Assembly (NCBI RefSeq): GCF_964204645.1
Contig: NC_134033.1
Coordinates: 15,694,655-15,758,654, forward strand
DNA: 64,000 nt
Reading direction: 5' to 3'
Source of the DNA: Tubulanus polymorphus
Lineage: Eukaryota > Animalia > Nemertea
Positions within the stretch are counted from its first letter, which is position 1. The number at the start of each line of letters is the position of its first letter. A program made the translations under genes and the position numbers. The notes beneath the pieces were generated by a model. The model was not told where the DNA came from. It saw nothing but the letters and a program-made list of their open reading frames with translations, and made no database searches. Positions 61,990 through 64,000 of this stretch are shown in pieces.

Positions 61990-63369
61990 AATATCGTTAC
62001 TACGGATGACTGCGCCAGAAAATGCTGTCCGTTATAATCGATAGTTTTAGAACTTCGTTCGCGCGACTAGATAACGACTAATATCTATATAATACTCATT
62101 AATAGTTTACGGCGAAATGTTTTTGGTTGTGTACAAAATTCCGTTTGACGAAGCGACGCTTTTGATTTTAACGGGACCGGAATAATACACCAATTGTCTT
62201 TCACCAGCGCCGACTCGCAACGTCTGTCGACGTTACACTTGAAAACGCAGTCGTCACCTTTTTACTTCTTACAAATATATTCTATTTGTCTATTTATTAT
62301 TCAATTGCTTATTCATTTATGTGTCTATTACATTTCATTCTCGTTTTTTGTTATCGGTAGTAGTGAATCATTTTGTTTTTGCGAATACATTTGAACCTCT
62401 ATATTTATGCATCTATAGTGTGTACAGTGGTGGTTGTGGAAGCATTTTGACATTTGTAAATATAATATAATAATCATTGCATGCATTGGACATTAGAATA
62501 CATGGCTGCGCCGGTCACTGAGTCGTTTGTCTCGCATGGCGGGAGTACGCGTGATAATCAGAGGCTTTCGACTCGCACCGGGGGCTAAACGCTAATAATA
62601 CTTCATGAAATCTAAGTTCGATATGATTCGAAAGAATATTGCTCATTCACATTTCGAAATTGATCGTTTTTTCCAGATGTCAGAATAAGAGCTATGTTTT
62701 ATTCTTATTTTCATCATTTTAGGTCCGCAATAAAATCCAATTTTCGAGAGAATCAAAAAAGACGTCACAAACTTTTTTCGTTGTTGGATAATTTTTGCTT
62801 TTCTAAATGTAATTCAGAGATACATAATAAAAACTAGATGATATTCATAGACTGTGTATAATATTTATCTTGAATTGTTTTGTGTTCGAGACATAATTCA
62901 ATCATCTTTTCGACCGTGCACCACTCATAAATGCTGGTGGATCCGGACTCCGAGTAAAGCTCTGGTCTGTTTTTGTCCTACAATGTATAATCTACCGGTA
63001 ATGTTCTTTTGTAACTGCAGATTTTAACAAATCGATATAAATGCGCAGAAGGCTATAAGAACTCTTTCCATTTCTGTAACTAAACCCTTGGAGTAATCAT
63101 ATTGTCAAATGATTCATAACCATGAGTGTTAATTTCTCCTCGAGAGTAAAATACAGTATTGGATCTTGGGTCATTTACTGTAACGAGGTAGCAAGTGATT
63201 ATGGGGCGAATCGGGCCGATTATTGGTTGTCGTCACACGAATCAAGACCCGCGATAATCTCCGGTAATCCGAGCTACAGTAAAAATCATCTTTAACCCGA
63301 TTTGTTTCGTAAATAAATTCGATCCGATCGTAAATAAGATATAGATTTCATTTGCACAACGCCGTGAGG

Positions 63370-64000
63370 CTATTTGTTTGGTTTTCTGCGTTTATTTCGA
63401 GCTCGTATGGATTTCATATCGATTGTTAGAATAGTATAAAGAAGTGGGTTCAGAGTTGAGTTTATCGGTAAGAAAAGAACGGCCAGCCAAGCGGCGACCT
63501 GGTTCGGTATCTCGACCAAAAATACGGCGCACAACTGAACGATTATTAACGGTAACCAGCAAAATAAATTACACAAATTGATGACTAAACTGCGTCGAGC
63601 TAGAACGAGTTCTGTAGGATCAGCTCTACCCGAACCGGACCTGCTTCCGGATACATACTTGTACATCTGAGCGTACGACATCATTATCAGAGTGAGAATA
63701 ATCGCGTTTAATACAGCGAATATAGCGAACGAATATTGCCAACCATTGACATCTATAGATATTAAATTCATAGGTAAACAGATACCCGTGCTACCGTAAA
63801 AATTATCACCGAAATAAGATGAACGGGACAGCGGCAGAAAGGCGATGAAACTCAGAAATATCCAGCATAAACAAGACAGAATCATAATAATATTTGAGGA
63901 TAAAACTGGGTTACCAGAAAATGGATCGACGATATTCGAATATCTGAAACGCGTGAGGAGAAAGAGAAATGTTAAAGAACCTTCACAAGATATCGTCACC
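63370..64000 (-). CDS. 3' end (TM3-TM7) of a second GRL101-like GPCR, continuing beyond the window
   Basis: Nearly identical to 54733-55350 until the last few codons. Confidence 0.88.
   Translation of the reverse strand, partial: VTISCEGSLTFLFLLTRFRYSNIVDPFSGNPVLSSNIIMILSCLCWIFLSFIAFLPLSRSSYFGDNFYGSTGICLPMNLISIDVNGWQYSFAIFAVLNAIILTLIMMSYAQMYKYVSGSRSGSGRADPTELVLARRSLVINLCNLFCWLPLIIVQLCAVFLVEIPNQVAAWLAVLFLPINSTLNPLLYTILTIDMKSIRARNKRRKPNK

Overview
AT-rich eukaryotic DNA with short GT-AG introns, from an invertebrate that is probably a lophotrochozoan (an inference; the species cannot be determined). Left half (0.4-33 kb): six tandem 10-exon SLC22 organic cation transporter-like genes on the + strand. 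Between and within them lie intronless rhodopsin-type GPCRs: one intact intergenic gene, one LINE-disrupted pseudogene, and one nested in intron 7 of copy 6. Middle: a tiny spliced gene for a secreted (Gly-Ala)n peptide, a 42-bp x ~37 array whose + frame reads like an amidated-peptide polyprotein (YRQANRFTRL-G-KRR), and a head-to-head WDFY2/LIPT2 pair. These are followed by an inverted, permuted duplicate of the 31.7-35.5 kb region that carries a second (Gly-Ala)n peptide gene. Right end: a ~1930-aa CUB/C-type-lectin/LDLa/LRR GPCR (GRL101-like) and the 3' end of a near-identical tandem copy. Many palindromic MITEs, a SINE, a LINE fragment and Penelope-type minimal hammerhead ribozyme motifs are scattered through the window. 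Most notable are the exon-restricted homogenisation among paralogs, the unannotated (GA)n micro-peptides, the repeat polyprotein and the hammerhead motifs. All exon coordinates were read by eye and may be off by a few bases.
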